Positions 44,232 to 57,570 of a DNA stretch of 64,000 nt are shown here, piece by piece. A program made the position numbers and the translations under genes. This stretch comes from the human T2T-CHM13v2.0 reference genome, Homo sapiens, in the NCBI RefSeq assembly GCF_009914755.1, contig NC_060935.1. The stretch is one strand, 5' to 3'. The notes under the pieces are model-generated. The model saw only the letters and a program-made list of their open reading frames with translations, did no database searches and was not told where the DNA came from. How positions within the stretch are numbered: position 1 is the stretch's first letter; the number at the start of each line of letters is the position of its first letter.

Positions 44232-45901
44232 TAATTTAGAGCTTAAGATTGGCCTTTTGAGATTCCCCCCCTTTTTCTTGCGTGCCTGACTCCCATGGCT
44301 CCCCTTGGACCTGACAGCTCCTGCGGCCCCACCCGGGAGGGGCGACTCAGCTCGAGGACAGAAGGGGTTTATTAAACCCCTTTTTTTGAGACGCAGAGTT
44401 CTCTGTCGCACAGGACAGGGCGCGTGGCGGGATCTCGGCTCACTGCAGCCTCCGCCTCCCAAACCCTTTCTTTACCGCAATGTCCTCGCGGGCAGGAAGG
44501 CCCCTCCAGCGGTTGCAAAGGGATGCCCGCAGCACACACCCTCCCGGTGGGGAGGGACGCCCGCCGCACCCAGAGTCGGCCGGTCCCTTCGCCTCTCAGT
44601 CTCCGCCCTCTGGGAGGCAAACTTGTCCACGCCGGGGTCAGCCTGGCCGGTCCCCCGGCACCCCGTGTAGGGCACGTGTGTCCTCCGGCGCCTCCCGCCT
44701 TGGGCTCGGCGTCCTCCCCGTCCCTCCCAGGAGGGTTTCTCCCGCTGTGAACGCACCGCGCGTGGCCGCATTCTCCCGACAGAGAGCACCTGCGCCGTGC
44801 CTGGTCTTGCCCTTTTCCAGAGCCCGCGGCCGGAGTCTCCCCTGCAGAGGAGGAGAGGCCCAAGGCCGCTGCGGGCCTGGCACGGGCTGCTGTCCACGGG
44901 CACCCGAGGAGTCCGCGGCGAGGAGCGGCCAGGCCGACCAGCTCTGCTCCCGCGGGTGCCGTCTGGGAAACTTCTCGGCTCCCGCCTCTCACCTCCCCGC
45001 GGCCCGCGCACCCCCGACGCCCGTGGGGACCGGGATCTGGCCGCGCTGCTGGGCCGTGGCGAGCTGGCGTTCGGCGCCCGGGACCCACGACGCGCCCTGC
45101 GTCTCCGACTTCGTGATGCCTCGGACTTCCCGTCACATTTCAAGACTGCGGGATCCCGGGGCCCTCGCTGGCTGCACCAGAGGGGTCTCCACCTGGCGGG
45201 ACCCTCTTCCCGAGCTCCCGCGGGGCTCCCGGTCGGAAGCTGCCCTCCCAGGCCCTCGCGAGCGCCCCACCCTCGGGCCATTGGCTGCCCCCACCCCAGG
45301 GGAGCAGGGAAGATGCCGGCTGGACTGGAGGAGGCAGCTGCTAGGATCCAGCACACCTGGATCACCCAGGAGAGGCTGCAGCCCTGAGGTTCCTTCAGCT
45401 GCTACCCTAGGAACAAAGCCCCTGCCCCTCCCACAGGGCCTAAGGTGCACACATCTGCAAGACCAGCTGCCCAGCCAGCTCAGAGGCAGGTTGTCCTGGC
45501 CCAAAGGTATTCTGGACAGTGTGTCCTTACCTTGGTGTCAGAGAAATGCCCACCCCACGTTCCTGGTCCAGATGCTGCCCACAGCAGGAGGCGGAAACCA
45601 GCAGATTCTGAGCATATCCCTGCTCCCCTGAGAGCTTCACAGAGGAGGGATACGGCTGTGCAGGGGCTGAGCACTGGGCTGTCTCAGGACTAGGCCGGGA
45701 CCCCTCAGCAGGGCCCCCACTCCAGATGAAGTCACAGCATCATCACAAGCACGTGCACTTTATTGAATGACACTGTAGACAGGTGTGTGGGTATAAACTG
45801 CTGTATCTAGGGGCAGGACCAAGGGGGCAGGGGCAACAGCCCCAGCGTGCAGGGCCAGCATTGCACAGTGGAGTGCAAAGGTTGCAGGCTATGGGCGGCT
45901 A

Positions 45902-46844
45902 CTAGTAACCCCGTTTTTCCTGTATTATCTGTAACATAATATGGTAGACTGTCACAGAGCCGAATACCAGTAACAGGATGAATCCAATGGTCATGAGGAT
46001 GCCCAGAATCAGGGCCCAGATGTTCAGGCACTTGGCGGTGGAGGCATAGGCCTGGGCCCCGGTCACGTCGCCAACCATCTTCCTGTCCCTAGACTGGGGG
46101 AGAGGAGATGGTGAGGGGACCAGGATCCCCCAGCTGAGAGCCGCGTGCTATGGCTCCGTCTCCTCCCCGCCCTGAGATCAGGGACCACCTCCTCCCCTTC
46201 CTCACCCGGGCTCAGACTCTCCAGGAGCCTCGGGGCTCATCCTCCTTCTGCCTTGGCCCCAGCACAGGCTGTTCTCCCCACCATGGGGTGAAGTCACCTG
46301 TGAGTTCCCTTCTCACTTTCTGGGAGAGCCTGGGTGCCAGTCTGGAAGGTGAGGGTGTAATTTCTTACTGGGCTATAGGGAGAATTGCTCTGGGCTAATG
46401 GATAGCCAGGGACAGACTCTGAGCCAGCCAGCCAGCCTCCTGGAGCCTCCTCCTAGACCTGCACTGGGCAGATTCCCCAAAGCCACACACACACACAGAT
46501 CACACAGACAAAGCTACTGACGTGAGCACACACGGGGCAGAGGTGCACACAAACTCACAGTCACAGGGACACACAAGTCCCCACCCCAGGCAGCATGTGG
46601 GCAGGTGGAGCCCCAGGCTCACCGGCACCCCCTGGATTTCCGCCAGGGCCATACGCACCTTCACGGAGTAGGCGAATGCTATGAAGCCCAGACAGCACCA
46701 GTTCAAGAAGAGGGTGTTGAACAGGGACCAGACGACATGGTCGGGCACGGAGGTCTCGCTGTGGATGTTGATCACGGTGGACCTTGGAAGGATGGTGCTG
46801 GGGGGTGCCCCCAGCACAGCCACCTCATGTTCCTCCTTGTGCAT
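45902..46844 (-). CDS. IFITM1: Interferon-induced transmembrane protein 1, 125 aa
   Basis: Exon 1 46844-46659, exon 2 46093-45902 (378 nt). [12 protein letters not shown]...IIQEKRGY; minus-strand AATAAA at 45759-45764. Confidence 0.98.
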
Positions 46845-46970
46845 CTTCTGGCTTTGGGGAAGGAAGTGTTGAGTGAAGGTTTGAGAAGTGTGGTTTTCTG
46901 CGTGGAGCGAAGGGCCGCTGTGGTGTCCGGATGCTGGGACGGTGCTCAGTGAGACCTCCTTTCCCCTGTC

Positions 46971-47016
46971 GTTTCAGTTTCTCAGAAGTGTGTATTTCTC
47001 TTAAGTTTCTATTTCC
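46971..47016 (-). promoter_or_regulatory. IFITM1 promoter ISREs plus GAS-like site
   Basis: GGAAATAGAAACT (47016-47004), GAGAAACTGAAAC (46983-46971), TTCTCAGAA (46979-46987). Confidence 0.85.
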
Positions 47017-48790
47017 TGCTGTTTGTAAATTGGTGAATTAGCCAGGGACCAATGAGGTGTGGTTTAACTTCTTGAGGATCAAATTACTTTATGGCAGGGT
47101 GGGAGGAAAGGCTGAAGGCTAAGGAGAGAGGCTTCCTCATCAGAAACTCAAGTCAGGACTAGTGACTTCCTAAGTGTTGGGTTTAGGGGGCCCTGGGGAT
47201 TTTACCCAGGCTTGGGTTCTGTCCACCCCAGGCCAGCAAGTACAGGACCTCACTGTCCCCGTTCAGGGCCCCTGCCAGGCCCCCACACTCCAGGCGCCAG
47301 GACAATCCCCCAAAAGCCCTCACCTCACTTGTCGCAGGCCTCTCTCCTGAAATCCTTGCTCTTTCCTCAGGCTGCAGTCCTGCTCTGTGCGGGTTTGGGG
47401 ACTAAACCTCCCAGTGTCTCCTGGTGCAGGTCAGAGGCCTGGTGGCCAAAGTTTCCTGCCCCAAAGCAGCCCTCCAGGCCCAGGAACGGGGACTCTGGGG
47501 AGAACTGACTCCCCAGAGGGTAGTGTGTTGAGACACGGGGAGGATTCCAGGGCCTGTAGGGGCAGCTTCAGAGCACAGGGCACACATGTGCCACCCCCTA
47601 CCTTCCGGGTCCCAGCAATTCCCATGGCTTTGGTTGGGGTGAGTGCTGGATGACCTAGGCGTTGGGTCCTAGCCATGCAGGAGAGACCTGGAGGGTTGGC
47701 AAAGCCAAGTCTGGGGCTGTCAGGCCTGGGTGCCCCTTCACAGGGACGAGGAATTGTAGACTGAGTAGCAGAAGGGAGCCCTCAGGCACAAGGATCATGA
47801 ATTACAAATTGCAAATTACATAAAGGAAAAATCAGAGCCCAAAGGTGGGCCTGCAATTATTAATGTAATGTTCTTAAGTTCTCTTTCTGCTTTCGTTTCT
47901 GCCTGCTTTAAGTCTGCTGTTACTTTTCTACAGAGATAAAATCCACTGTTTGCATCCAACCATTTCTTTTTATTGTTTGTGTAAACCAATGAATTTGTAT
48001 TACTATCTCATGGCTGGAGTTCTGAAGTAAAACCATACTTTTGCTTGAGTGTGTATGTGTGTATATGTGCACATACACATATTTCGTTATGTGTTTTTGG
48101 CCACAAGTTACCAAATTTAGCTTAAACTTAAAGAGTACTCATAAATTAAATAATAAGCCTAAATGCTTTTCACGTTCATGTGACTTAAGTAGAATCTTTA
48201 ATAAGCTAGCTTTAAAATTACTGGTAACGTTAGAAATTGTAGCAGGACGAGCCACAGACAAAACCCTCAGACATCGAGTTGAGGAAAGAAAGGGCTTTAT
48301 TTGGCCTTTATTCGGCCAGGAGCATCAGCAGACTTAACATCTCAAACACCGAGCTCCAAAACCATCAGCCCCTCCCTACCCATTGCAGCTAAAAAAAAAA
48401 AAAAAGAACTAGCCCTTGCCCTTGCTTGGAGTCCCTGCTGGGCCTCCCCAAATCGCACACCAACCCCCCCACCCTCCACCCACCCCTCAACAGGCCGCCT
48501 CCAGCCCCAGCCACATCCCAGGCCACTTAGACCAAACTATGTCTGGGTCCCGGCAAGCCAGGGGTGGATGTGGATGGAGCGTGCTCTGAGACATCGAGGA
48601 CTGCCTACACAAACTCCTCACAAGGCTCTGTGACCTCCTATCAAAGGCCACACATCACTGCGGAGTGGGGTGGGGCTTGAATTTCCCGTGGAAGGTATTT
48701 TGGAAGCTTCTTTAAATCACGGGCAGTTTAGGAAGGAAGAAACTGCAGGGCACAAGAGGGAGACAGGATTCTGAGGGGCAGGCATGGAAC

Positions 48791-49497
48791 TGAAACCACC
48801 TTTGCAAAAGTCATAACTGAGAATATGATGACAGTGAAGGAGGTCTGACCCTAACCCACTCCGCCTGGCTTCTAACCTCCAAGCTGCCCTTGCTCATCCC
48901 TGGGCTTAGCCTAAACTAATCTGGAGAGAAACAGTTTATAGATCAAGGCTGAACAAGCCCCCTTCCTACCTGAGGACCAGACTGCCTTTGCAGGACTAAC
49001 AAATTAGCCACAAGATTAGAAATTATGGTTTAGGAGTCACGCGGCTGGAGGATGCAAGATTCTGACCCCGCCACCCCTAAATTGCTCCCGGGGATCACAG
49101 CACTACTGTAGAACCTAGGATCAGAGTTTGAGATACTTTACAGACCCTGTACTCAATGGATCAGCTGGCACCACCTAAATCCACAATCTTGCTCATGTGG
49201 TCCTGTGGCCCCCACCGAGGAGCTGGGTTAGGGTTGGGAAGACAGCTTCGACTCCCCAAGACTTCATCTCCAACCGGACCGGTCAGCGCTCCTGACTCAC
49301 TGGCCGCCTACCCACCATATCATCCTTCGAAACTCGGATCCCCACGTTTTTGGGGAGAAGGATTTGAGTAATAATAAAACTCCCGTCTCCCCCGCAGCCG
49401 GCTCTGCGTGAATTACACTTTCCTTATTGCGATTCCTCTGCCCCGATGCGACCAAGGGGCCCGCCCAGGAGCGCAGAGAATCCATTAAGGGGTCACA
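48791..49497 (+). mobile_element. LTR8-type ERV1 LTR; its 3' half is duplicated in the inverted repeat (42752-43070)
   Basis: TGAAACCACCTTTGCAAAA..ATGACAGTGAAGGAGGTCTGAC..; GATTTGAGTAATAATAAAACTCCCGTCTCCC; ends GGTCACA. Confidence 0.75.
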
Positions 49498-50849
49498 GGA
49501 CCGGGCTCCCAGGGTGACTCCCTGGCCACCAAGTCCTCCAGCAGGTCACTCCTGGATTCCGGCTGGACCCCCTGCCCAGGGAGGGGCCCAGGAGACGCGG
49601 AAATCGGGTCCCCCGCGGGTGAAGGGGAGGTGGGAGCCCCAGAGGAGGGCGGGAAGGCTCGGCCGGGGACGTGCCCGAGGGGGAGGAGAGGGGCTCCCGT
49701 CCGGGTCCGGCGCTGCGGGTCTCAGGGTCCGCGTCCCGCCCACCCCGCGGGGGTCTGGGCTGCGGGCGGAGCCTCCTCCGGGACCTGCACCTGCGCCGGC
49801 CGCCGCCAGGGGCGCCGCTGAGCACCCGCCTCCGCCGCTTCCCCCTCCCCGCCGGGCGGGGCCGCGCGCCTCCCACCCGGGACCCACTTCGGAGTTCGCC
49901 CCCTTCGGGACTCGCCTCCGGGAGACCCCCGAGGGGGAGAGGGCGCTTCCTCCGCGTCCATCGCCCTTGCCGCCCCTGGGGTGAGAGCGCGGCTCCGGGG
50001 CTGGGGGCGGGAAAGGGTGGGGAGGGCGAGTAGATCCAGACCTGGAGTCGCGGGTGGACGGCGGGGCGGGGGCGCGCATGGCCACCCCAGCTCCCACCGC
50101 GGCCGCCCATGGGGCACCCCACATGCGCACACCGGAGACCGAACCGGGGAAGGGCGCTGTAACCAGGTCGGGGCGGGGGTGTCTGTCCGGGGGCTCAGAC
50201 CCGGGTAGAGGTAACTTCGATGAGGGTCGCTCCACTCTCCTGCGCCGCCCCCACCACGGGGGAGCAGGGCCCATACCCGCTGGACGGGAGGGGGCAGCTG
50301 CCACGAAGCAGCACCTGGTCACCCAGGAGGGGCTGCGAGGCCCGGGGCTCCTTCAGCTGCTGCCCTGGGCACAAAGCCCCCTCCCTCCCACGGGCCCTGA
50401 GCTGCCCACATCTGCAGGACTGGCTGCTCCAGACAGCTCGGAGGCAGGCAGCGCGGTGCCCCCTCCACCCCGAGGAACTAAAGCCAGGTCCCCAGCACCA
50501 CAGAGCAGGGCCTGGGAGCAGCTGGGGAGCCGGTGCCACCTTGCCCCTCCCTGGCCCTGCTGGGGGCTTAACCCTTCCCTCTGTCCTGAGCCGACAGCCT
50601 GGATTGCCGACAGGCCGCGAGCGTGGCCTTGGGCCCAGGGTGTCCCGGACTCAGCACTGACGTTCCCGGAAAGAGCCCACGTTGAGTAGGAGCTGAGACC
50701 TGCAGGACACAGGAACTCCTCCCAGGGTCCTGGATCCAGCTGCTGCTCACGGCAGGAGGCCCGAAACCAGAAGGCCTGAGCACTTGCCCGGTCCCCAAGA
50801 GATGCACAGAGGCCGGAAGGGGCAGTGCAGGGGCTGACCAACCTGCTCA
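49179..50849 (-). repeat. Inverted segmental repeat, right arm (~1.67 kb)
   Basis: Reverse complement of 41400-43070. Homology continues outward through IFITM3/IFITM2 and their promoters. Confidence 0.97.
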
Positions 50850-51071
50850 GTCTCAGAACCACGCTCCGAACCCTCAGCCAGACCCCTCCCCAGGTGAAGT
50901 CGCAGCAGCACCAGAAACACGTGCACTTTATTGAATGCCATTGTAGAAAAGCGTGTGAGGATAAAGGGCTGATACAGGACTCGGCTCCGGGGGCAGGGCG
51001 AGGAATGGAAGTTGGAGTACGTGGGATACAGGTCATGGGCAGAGCTCCTGGCCTCAGTGATGCCTCCTGAT

Positions 51072-52047
51072 CTATCCATAGGCCTGGAAGATCAGCACTG
51101 GGATGACGATGAGCAGAATGGTCATGAGGATGCCCAGAATCAGGGCCCAGATGTTCAGGCACTTGGCGGTGGAGGCATAGGCCTGGGCCCCGGTCACGTC
51201 GCCAACCATCTTCCTGTCCCTAGACTGGGGGAGAGGAGATGGTGAGGGGACCAGGATCCCCCAGCTGAGAGCCGCGTGCTATGGCTCCGTCTCCTCATTG
51301 GCTCTCCCCGCCCTGAGATCAGGGACCACCTCCTCCCCTTCCTCACCCAGGCTCAGACTCTCCAGGAGCCTCGGGGCTCATCCTCCTTCTGCCTTGACCC
51401 CAGCACAGGCTGTTCTCCCCACCATGGGGTGAAGTCACCTGTGAGTTCCCTTCTCACTTTCTGGGAGAGCGTGGGTGCCAGTCTGGAAGGTGAAGGTGTA
51501 ATTTCTTACTGGGCTATAGGGAGAACTGCTCTGGGCTAGTGGATAGCCGGGGACAGACTCTGAGCCAGCCAGCCAGCCTCCTGGAGCCTCCTCCTAAACC
51601 TGCACTGGGCAGATTCCCCAAGCCACACACACACACAGATCACACAGACAAAGCCACTGACGTGGGCACACACGGGACAGAGGTGCACACAAACTCACAG
51701 TCACAGGGACACACAAGTCCCCACCCCAGGCAGCATGTGGGCAGGTGGAGCTCCAGGCTCAGCGGCACCCTCTGAGCATTCCCTGGGGCCATACGCACCT
51801 TCACGGAGTAGGCGAATGCTATGAAGCCCAGGCAGCAGGGGTTCATGAAGAGGGTGTTGAACAGGGACCAGACGACATGGTCGGGCACGGAGGTCTCGCT
51901 GCGGATGTGGATCACGGTGGACGTCGGGGGAGCAGGGTTGTGGGGCGCCCCCAGCACAGCCACCTCGTGCTCCTCCTTGAGCATCTCATAGTTGGGGGGC
52001 TGGCCACTGTTGACAGGAGAGAAGAAGGTTTGGACAGTGTGATTCAT
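51072..52047 (-). CDS. IFITM3: Interferon-induced transmembrane protein 3, 133 aa
   Basis: Exon 1 52047-51799, exon 2 51224-51072 (402 nt). [23 protein letters not shown]...IFQAYG; minus-strand AATAAA near 50927. Confidence 0.98.
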
Positions 52048-52117
52048 GGTGTCCAGCGAAGACCAGCGGCGGTCGGGTTACTGGGATGGTTCTCAGTGAG
52101 CCCTCCCTTTCCCCAGT

Positions 52118-52147
52118 AGTTTCGGTTTCTCAACAGTTTCCTTTTCC
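52118..52147 (-). promoter_or_regulatory. IFITM3 tandem ISREs
   Basis: Minus strand GGAAAAGGAAACT and GAGAAACCGAAACT, both fitting GAAANNGAAA. Confidence 0.88.
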
Positions 52148-52572
52148 TGGCATTTGTCAAATCGGGATTTGGCCGGGGCCAGATGAGGGCGGAACAAATT
52201 CCTGAGGATCAAATTACTTTAGGAGAGGGAGGAAAGAGGGGCTGAGGGCTAAGAGGGGCTTCCTCTCTAGAGCCCAAGGGAGCACAAGGCTCATCTTGTT
52301 AGTGGTGTGGGGTCCTGGAGACTTCCCCTGTGTTGGGGGTCTCCACACCCCAGGCCAGCAGCTGCAGGACCCCACTGTCCCGGTTCAGGGCTCCTGCCAG
52401 GCCTGCGCTGACGCCTCCACACTCCAGGCCCCACAACCGTTCCCCCAAAGCCCTCACCTCTGCCGGGCGCCGTGGCTCACGCCTGTAATCCCAGCACTTT
52501 GGGAGGCCGAGGCGGGCGGATCACGAGGTCAGGAGATCGAGACCATCCTGGCTGACACGGTGAAACCCCATC

Positions 52573-53699
52573 TCCCATAACCCTCACTGTGGTGCCCAGG
52601 CAGCCGGATTATCCCATTACCTTCACTATGGTGCCCAGGCAGCTGGATTATCCCATAACCCTCACTATGGTGCCCAGGCAGCTGGATTATCCCATTACCT
52701 TCACTATGGTGCCCAGGCAGCTGGATTATCCCATTACCTTCACTATGGTGCCCAGGCAGCTGGATTATCCCATTACCTTCACTATGGTGCCCAGGCAGCT
52801 GGATTATCCCATTACCTTCACTATGGTGCCCAGGCAGCTGGATTATCCCATTACCTTCACTATGGTGCCCAGGCAGCTGGATTATCCCATAACCCTCACT
52901 ATGGTGCCCAGGCAGCTGGATTATCCCATTACCTTCACTATGGTGCCCAGGCAGCTGGATTATCCCATTACCTTCACTATGGTGCCCAGGCAGCTGGATT
53001 ATCCCATTACCTTCACTATGGTGCCCAGGCAGCTGGATTATCCCATTACCTTCAGTGTGGTGCCCAGGCAGCCGGATTATCCCATTACCTTCAGTGTGGT
53101 GCCCAGGCAGCCGGATTATCCCATTACCTTCAGTGTGGTGCCCAGGCAGCTGGATTATCCCATAACCCTCACTGTGGTGCCCAGGCAGCTGGATTATCCC
53201 ATTACCTTCACTATGGTGCCCAGGCAGCTGGATTATCCCATTACCTTCACTATGGTGCCCAGGCAGCTGGATTATCCCATAACCCTCACTGTAGTGCCCA
53301 GGCAGCCGGATTATCCCATTACCTTCAGTGTGGTGCCCAGGCAGCCGGATTATCCCATTACCTTCAGTGTGGTGCCCAGGCAGCTGGATTATCCCATAAC
53401 CCTCACTGTGGTGCCCAGGCAGCTGGATTATCCCATTACCTTCACTATGGTGCCCAGGCAGCTGGATTATCCCATTACCTTCACTATGGTGCCCAGGCAG
53501 CTGGATTATCCCATAACCCTCACTGTAGTGCCCAGGCAGCCGGATTATCCCATTACCTTCAGTGTGGTGCCCAGGCAGCTGGATTATCCCATAACCCTCA
53601 CTGTGGTGCCCAGGCAGCTGGATTATCCCATTACCTTCACTATGGTGCCCAGGCAGCTGGATTATCCCATTACCTTCACTATGGTGCCCAGGCAGCTGG
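52573..53699. repeat. 39-bp VNTR, ~29 copies
   Basis: Unit CCCATWACCYTCASTRTRGTGCCCAGGCAGCYGGATTAT; 28 full 13-codon repeats appear in ORF 52589-53746. Confidence 0.98.
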
Positions 53700-55900
<2,201 letters not shown>

Positions 55901-55902
55901 TG

Positions 55903-56867
55903 TGTAGGGTCCAGCCCTACGGGGGCTTAGCGGGTGTTCTCCCCGTGTGCAGAGACAAGACATCGTAAGAAATAAAGACACAAGACAAACAGATAAAGAG
56001 AAAACAGCTGGGCCCAGGGGACCACTACCACCAAGACATGGAGACCGCTAGTGGCTCCGAACGGCTGGCTGCGCTGATATTTATTGAATACAAGACAAGG
56101 GGGCAGGGTACGGACGGTGAGTCGTCCAAGTAATTGATAAGGTGAAGCAAGTCACGTGATCATAGGACAGGGGGCCTTTCCCTCTTAGGTAGCCGAGCAG
56201 AGAGAGAAGGCAGCATACGTCAGCGTTTTCTTCTATGCACTTATAAGAACAATCAAAGACTTTAAGACTTTCACTATTTCTTCTACCGCTATCTACTACG
56301 AACTTCAAAGAGGAACCAGGAGTAAGGGAGGAGCATGAAAGTGGACAAGGAGTGTGATCATTCAAGCACCACAGGGAGGGGGTTAGGCCTCCGGATGACT
56401 GCAGGCCAGGCCTGGAGAATATCCAGCCTCCCACAAGAAGCTGGCGGAGCAGAGTGTTCCCTGACTGCTCCAAGGAAAGGAGACTCCCTTTCACGGTCCG
56501 CTAAGTAACGGGTGCCTTCCCAGGCACTGGCGTTACCGCTTGACCAAGGAGCCCTCAAGCGGCCCTTATGTTGGCGTGACAGAGGGCTCACCTCTTGCCT
56601 TCTAGGTCACTTCTCACAACGTCCCTTCAGCACCTGACCCTATACCCGCCGGTTATTCCCAGGTTATATAGTAATGGAACAAAGAGTAATATTAAAAGCT
56701 AATGATTAATAATGTTTATAATAACGATTGATAATTGTCCGTGATCATCTCTATATCTAATTTGTGTTATGACTCTATGACTGTTCTTATTCCATTTTCT
56801 TTATTATACTGAAACAGTTTGTGCCTTCAGTCTCTTGCCTGGGCACCTGGGTCATCCTCCACCCACA
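55903..56867 (-). mobile_element. LTR13-type (ERVK class) LTR
   Basis: Minus strand TGTGGGTGGAGGATGACCCAGGTGCCCAGGCAAGAGACTGAAGGCAC ... GGCTGGACCCTACA, ~965 bp. Confidence 0.8.
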
Positions 56868-56945
56868 GCTGACTTCACACCGTGCTCTTCCTTGAGCATG
56901 TCTCAGGTTTCCGGGAAGCTGATGTTTTTGGGAGTGCAGAAGGCT

Positions 56946-57144
56946 TGGGAAGTGTGGTTCCTGGTCTCTTACGTGGCCGTCTGTGGAGTAGCGTCCGGAC
57001 GCTGGGGTACCGTGGGAAGGGTGGTTCCTGGTCTCTTACGTGGCCGTCTGTGGAGTAACGTCCGGACGCTGGGGTACCGTGGGAAGGGTGGTTCCTGGTC
57101 TCTTACGTGGCCGTCTGTGGAGTAACGTCCGGATGCTGGGGTAC
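56946..57144. repeat. 67-bp tandem repeat x3
   Basis: GTGGTTCCTGGTCTCTTACGTGGCCGTCTGTGGAGTA.. at 56954, 57021 and 57088. Confidence 0.92.
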
Positions 57145-57204
57145 TGTCTCTGGCAGGGCTGTTTTCTCAGGCACCTTCTCCCACCTGGACTCAAGGGTTC
57201 TGCT

Positions 57205-57225
57205 TTCTTAGAAGTTTCTGTTTCC
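57205..57225 (-). promoter_or_regulatory. ISRE abutting a GAS motif in the orphan IFITM promoter copy
   Basis: TTCTTAGAA (57205-57213) overlapping AGTTTCTGTTTCC (57213-57225); a further TTCCGGGAA at 56909-56917. Confidence 0.65.
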
Positions 57226-57304
57226 TGCTGTTTGGAAATTCGTGAATTGTGTGAGGTCTGAGGAGGGGGGTAACACATTTCTGAACGTGAAGTTATACAT
57301 TGAG

Positions 57305-57570
57305 GGTGGGTAGAAGCACTGTGGGCTAAGGAGGCTTCTCTGCAGGACCCCATCAGGACGGTGTCAGGGCGTGTGGAAACACTGTAGGCTAAGTAAGCAG
57401 GCTTCTCTGCAGGACCCCATCAGGACGGTGTCAGGGCGTGTGGAAAAACTGTAGGCTAAGTAAGGAGGCTTCTCTGCAGGACCCCATCAGGACGGTGTCA
57501 GGGCGGGTAGAAGCACTGTGGGCTAAGTAAGGAGTCTTCTCTGCAGGAGCCGCATCAGGACAGCGTCAGG
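57305..57570. repeat. 67-bp tandem repeat x4 (different unit)
   Basis: (G/T)CTTCTCTGCAGGA..CATCAGGAC at 57334, 57401, 57468 and 57535. Confidence 0.92.
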
